DNA of 64,000 nucleotides from Oligoflexia bacterium (GTDB lineage Bacteria; Bdellovibrionota; UBA1018): NCBI GenBank assembly GCA_963758495.1, contig CAVWVI010000004.1, positions 1 to 64,000 of the forward strand, read 5' to 3'. Shown piece by piece: positions 60,081 to 64,000 of this stretch (position 1 is its first letter; each line of letters starts with the position of its first letter). The notes under the pieces were generated by a model. It saw only the letters and a program-made list of their open reading frames with translations, ran no database searches and was not told where the DNA came from. The position numbers and the translations under genes were made by a program.

Positions 60081-60965
60081 ATGATTGACTCGACTCCAGA
60101 TCACAGCAAGATCAGTCCGACTGCAAAAATAGTCGCCTATTGGCGCCAGTTTAGCGACATACCTTTTGCTCATGAAGTAGCCAAAATGGTGCGTGCCGAC
60201 GAGATCTTTAAAACATTTCTTGAAGATTCACACTGGGTCGTCGAAGACATATCTTGGTTTGCCATGATGATTGAGGCGCGGTATAAAAGCATGGTCAACG
60301 CCATCCGACGCGAAAATATTAAGCAGGTCTTGGAACTAGCAAGTGGTGTTTCCCTCCGAGGCTTTGCGATGACTTCAGATCCAGAAATGATCTATGTTGA
60401 AACAGATTTGCCTGAGATCTCTTCTGAGAAGATAGCAATTATCCAAAGTATACGAGAAAAAAAGAACATCCCAGAGAGAGCCAACCTTTTTTTTAACGAA
60501 CTGAATGTCCTGAATTTGATTGAATTCGAAAAAGCCACCCGTCCCTTTCTTGCTAGTAGCCCGATCGCAATTATTCACGAGGGATTATTCCAGTATCTTT
60601 CCATTGAAGAGAAAAGACTGGCAGCTACCCATATTCATATTGTTCTCGAAAGATTTGGTGGTGTATGGCTGACACCTGATCTGACCACCAAAAGTGACAT
60701 TGATATGCGACAGCATCCTTCTGCGACTATGAAAAAAATTACAGAAAATGTTCAAAAAACGACTCAAAGAGATTTTAGGGAATTAGCTTTTGAAAACGAA
60801 ACCCATATTCAGGAATTTTTCAACGAACTTGGGTTTAAAATCCAAGAATCCTCACAGATTGACAATACCTTTGCACTGACCTCAGTTAAGAAACTGAATA
60901 TCTCGCAAGATATTGTTAATTCTTACTCGAATAATCTTAAGATTTGGAGCCTGCGAGTAAAATAA
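60081..60965 (+). CDS. LCM-like class I SAM-dependent methyltransferase
   Basis: ISPTA, VLELASG, YVETDLP, HEGLFQYL. Confidence 0.75.
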   Translation: MIDSTPDHSKISPTAKIVAYWRQFSDIPFAHEVAKMVRADEIFKTFLEDSHWVVEDISWFAMMIEARYKSMVNAIRRENIKQVLELASGVSLRGFAMTSDPEMIYVETDLPEISSEKIAIIQSIREKKNIPERANLFFNELNVLNLIEFEKATRPFLASSPIAIIHEGLFQYLSIEEKRLAATHIHIVLERFGGVWLTPDLTTKSDIDMRQHPSATMKKITENVQKTTQRDFRELAFENETHIQEFFNELGFKIQESSQIDNTFALTSVKKLNISQDIVNSYSNNLKIWSLRVK

Positions 60966-60995
60966 TTTCCATCAAACTATCTAGATCGTTTGGGT

Positions 60996-62813
60996 TCATG
61001 CAGCCCTCTTCAAATCGAGAAACTGTCTCGATTTCAACCCGCTCAAGTATTGATGCACCCATTGAATCACAATAGACCCCTCACCCACCGCTGAGGCCAC
61101 TCGTTTTACTGATTCCGAGCGGACATCGCCTACCGCAAAAATTCCTGGCTCAGCCGTCTCGTATGGAGAGCGTAAAGGTGATCCTGCCTTTGTTTTTCCG
61201 GTAAGAACAAATCCTTTTGGATCGAGTGCGATACACTTTCGGAGCCAATCCGTGTTTGGAATGGCTCCTATCATAACAAACACGTTTCGGATGGGCTTTG
61301 TCCAGTGTCGATGGTTCGCTGACGATTTCCATTCTACTTCCTCAAGGAACTTTTGGCCCGATAGCCCTGATAAACGGGTGATTTCGGTTTCGTAGTAAAT
61401 CTGAACTTTGGATGAGGCCTGAATACGTTCGACGAGATAGTTTGACATTGTCTCGGAAAGAGCCTTGCCTCTGACCAGCATGTGAACTTTCGCGGCCGAT
61501 TGACTCAGATAAATGGCAGCTTGCCCCGCTGAATTACCTCCTCCCACTACCACGACCTCTTCTCCGGAACAAAGCTGGGCTTCCATTGCCATTGCCGCGT
61601 AGTAGATCCCTCGTCCCTCAAATTGCTGGTAATTGGGGAGATCGAGTTTTCGATATCTAGCACCTGACGCCACGACCAACGCACGCGTGCGCACTTTCGT
61701 CTGGTCGCACAATAAAACTTCAAATACCCCATCTTGCGCCCTGGTGACGTCGGTGACGGCTCTAGCGATCGCCATATGCACGCCAAACTTTAAGGCCTGG
61801 ACTTGTGCACGAGAGGCAAGCTCAACGCCTGAGATCCCGTTAGGAAACCCAAGATAGTTTTCGATACGAGAGCTTGTTCCTGCCTGACCACCAGGTGCGA
61901 GAGCTTCGAGTACTACTGTATCCAGCCCTTCGGAAGCAGCATAAACAGAAGCTGCCAGTCCTGCCGGGCCACCCCCTACAATCCCCACATCATAAGTGTG
62001 CTCAAGAGGAAATGCCTCCAAAAGACCAATTTCAGCGGCAAGTTGATGAAGACTAGGATTTTTAAATAAACTATGTTTTGAATCCACAACGACTGGAAGA
62101 TCCTCCAAACGCAATGATAAAGATGTAAGAATAGAACGTCCATCTTCTCCTTTTGCGTCGGGAGGAATGAACCGATAAGGGTAAGCGTTACGTATCAGAA
62201 ATTGCCGAATACGAAGTAAATCAGGATCCTGAGTCGCTCCAATCAGAGTGACGCCCGCCGTCCCATGACGGATAATACTACTTCGACGAAGAACATAGGC
62301 TCGAAGAATGAGTTCTCCTAGTTCAGGTTCTGCCACAAGCATTCGTCTAAAGTCTTTATACTGAACTCTGAGAACACGTGTAGGAGTTGAAGTTCGAGCA
62401 TTGATCAAACTCTTACGTCCGCTAAACTGGCTCATCTCACCGGGGAAATTACTAGCTTTATGAATTACAAGCACTCGATCTTTGCCGCAGTTATCTGTCT
62501 CGTAAGCCTCAATAGCTCCTTGGAGCACGACGTAAAAGTCGACATTCCGATCTCCACGCTGATAGAGAATATGACCAGTTGGAAAATCTGCCTCTTCTCC
62601 GAATGAACGAATTGCGTTCAGGTGATCAGTTGTCAGCTTAGGAAACGCCTCAGCAAGTCGAAACGTATCCAATGAACCATCTGAATTCTTTAGAAAAAAT
62701 ATATTCTGCCAAATATCTAAGTCCATTCTCAAGTCTCCCTTCTCTTTTTTCCATATGAATCGCCATTGCAAGAGTAAAACCGTTACAATAATGTAAATGC
62801 ATCTACCCTGCAA
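60996..62813 (-). CDS. cNMP-binding thioredoxin-reductase-like FAD oxidoreductase
   Basis: N-terminal cNMP domain; GGGPAGL, SSRIENYLGFP, GGGNSAGQ, GDVR..KRVASAVGEG. Start probably MDLDIW. Confidence 0.9.
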   Translation of the reverse strand: MQGRCIYIIVTVLLLQWRFIWKKEKGDLRMDLDIWQNIFFLKNSDGSLDTFRLAEAFPKLTTDHLNAIRSFGEEADFPTGHILYQRGDRNVDFYVVLQGAIEAYETDNCGKDRVLVIHKASNFPGEMSQFSGRKSLINARTSTPTRVLRVQYKDFRRMLVAEPELGELILRAYVLRRSSIIRHGTAGVTLIGATQDPDLLRIRQFLIRNAYPYRFIPPDAKGEDGRSILTSLSLRLEDLPVVVDSKHSLFKNPSLHQLAAEIGLLEAFPLEHTYDVGIVGGGPAGLAASVYAASEGLDTVVLEALAPGGQAGTSSRIENYLGFPNGISGVELASRAQVQALKFGVHMAIARAVTDVTRAQDGVFEVLLCDQTKVRTRALVVASGARYRKLDLPNYQQFEGRGIYYAAMAMEAQLCSGEEVVVVGGGNSAGQAAIYLSQSAAKVHMLVRGKALSETMSNYLVERIQASSKVQIYYETEITRLSGLSGQKFLEEVEWKSSANHRHWTKPIRNVFVMIGAIPNTDWLRKCIALDPKGFVLTGKTKAGSPLRSPYETAEPGIFAVGDVRSESVKRVASAVGEGSIVIQWVHQYLSGLKSRQFLDLKRAA

Positions 62814-62893
62814 AAAAGGCTTCGCTCCTCCATCCTATTGATGCTTTGAGATATGAATAAAAAATCTCCAAACTAATTGTGACAAACGAGTCA

Positions 62894-63046
62894 CTAAGGC
62901 AATGGCTTGCGCCCACGAATAATTCTGAGAATGACCACAATGATGGCAATGACTAGAAGAATATGTATCAATCCACCTAAGGTATAGCTGGTAGCGAACC
63001 CCAGAATCCACAAAAGAACCAAGATGACCACAATTGATTCAAGCAC
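62894..63046 (-). CDS. lmo0937/DUF5670-family small membrane protein
   Basis: My translation MLESIVVILVLLWILGFATSYTLGGLIHILLVIAIIVVILRIIRGRKPLP (GTG start, GGGAG RBS). Confidence 0.8.
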   Translation of the reverse strand: MLESIVVILVLLWILGFATSYTLGGLIHILLVIAIIVVILRIIRGRKPLP

Positions 63047-63331
63047 AAGTCTCTCCCGAGGCATATGCCCCTTATGGTTCCCCTAAGGTTTGCAATTTTC
63101 ATTCTATAGGATAAATCTTGCGGCGTAGGTCAAATGTTGCATACATGCAGCCCACCCCCTTCAGCCATATACACCACATATTAGCTTGGTTTGAACACTC
63201 CCTTATCAACCTTCTTGAAATATAACTCATTTCAAGTGCCGCAGCATAATACGTCAATAATGCTATAGATTTTTTATTATTTATAGGTAATATAAATCAT
63301 TCAATTAATCTTTTTTGAGGAGAAAAAGAAT

Positions 63332-63895
63332 ATGAAGAAGTCCATTAGGATGAGTGGGATATTCTTAATACTATTTGCAGCTTCCATGCTTCAAGCAAGT
63401 TCTCTAGAAACTGCGACGTTTTCAGCAGGCTGTTTTTGGGGAACTGAAGAATTTTTTAGAAAAGTGCCAGGTGTGATTGAAACACGAGTTGGCTATACAG
63501 GCGGCTCCGGAAGAGTTTCTTACGAAGAAGTAAGTTCCGGAAATACAGGTCATACGGAGTCGGTTGAAATCCAGTTTGATTCCAAAAAAGTGACTTATCG
63601 GGACCTACTTGTTCTTTTCTTTAAGATGCACGATCCGACAACCCGAAATCAACAGGGGAACGACCACGGAACTCAATACAGGTCGGCTATATTCACCCAC
63701 TCTGAGAAACAACGAAAGATCGCAGAAGAATTGACGGCAAAAATCAACAAGTCCGGGGCGTGGAAAAAACCTCTGACAACTGAGATCACAAAAGCAAACA
63801 CGTTCTATCCGGCAGAGGAATACCATCAAAAATATCTTGTAAAGCACCCTGATGGCTATGACAACCACTACCTGAGAGATTTAAAATTTGAATGA
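63332..63895 (+). CDS. msrA: Peptide-methionine (S)-S-oxide reductase, exported
   Basis: GCFWG, VGYTGG, HDPT..QGND.GTQYRS, AEEYHQKY; signal peptide. Confidence 0.95.
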   Translation: MKKSIRMSGIFLILFAASMLQASSLETATFSAGCFWGTEEFFRKVPGVIETRVGYTGGSGRVSYEEVSSGNTGHTESVEIQFDSKKVTYRDLLVLFFKMHDPTTRNQQGNDHGTQYRSAIFTHSEKQRKIAEELTAKINKSGAWKKPLTTEITKANTFYPAEEYHQKYLVKHPDGYDNHYLRDLKFE

Positions 63896-64000
63896 ATGAA
63901 CAAATTTATTATTCGCTGGCCACCCGTTGACTTGAAAAAACAAATGTGAAATAATTTTAGTATGAACAAACCAAGCTCAATTGAACTCAACTCCGGAGAG

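Overview
Bacterial chromosome window. Gene content suggests a Bdellovibrionota/Oligoflexia-like organism, possibly protist-associated; this is inference. Bases 1-2441 hold a tandem array of at least three signal-peptide-bearing, eukaryote-like C2H2 zinc-finger genes. Bases 2.7-20.0 kb are mostly intact housekeeping genes plus an 890-aa effector-like protein ending in a C-type-lectin (DUF1566-like) domain. tRNA-His (20231-20307) is followed by a decayed island running to about 52 kb. The island carries a nested mobile structure (a 13-bp-IR-bounded structured element containing an IS110 gene and a group II intron), IS21 and ISL3 remnants, a 3373-bp TG..CA transposon with a 5-bp TSD, many toxin-antitoxin modules, and two copies of a transglycosylase + lipoprotein cassette. 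Inside it is an intact, secreted RING-IBR-RING2 (RBR) E3-ligase-like gene whose C-terminal lectin-fold tail has the codon signature of a DGR variable region; no template repeat or DGR RT is visible in the window. The right end holds stress/redox genes and an unannotated 28-aa peptide ending YCYFYCY, which may be a RiPP precursor.
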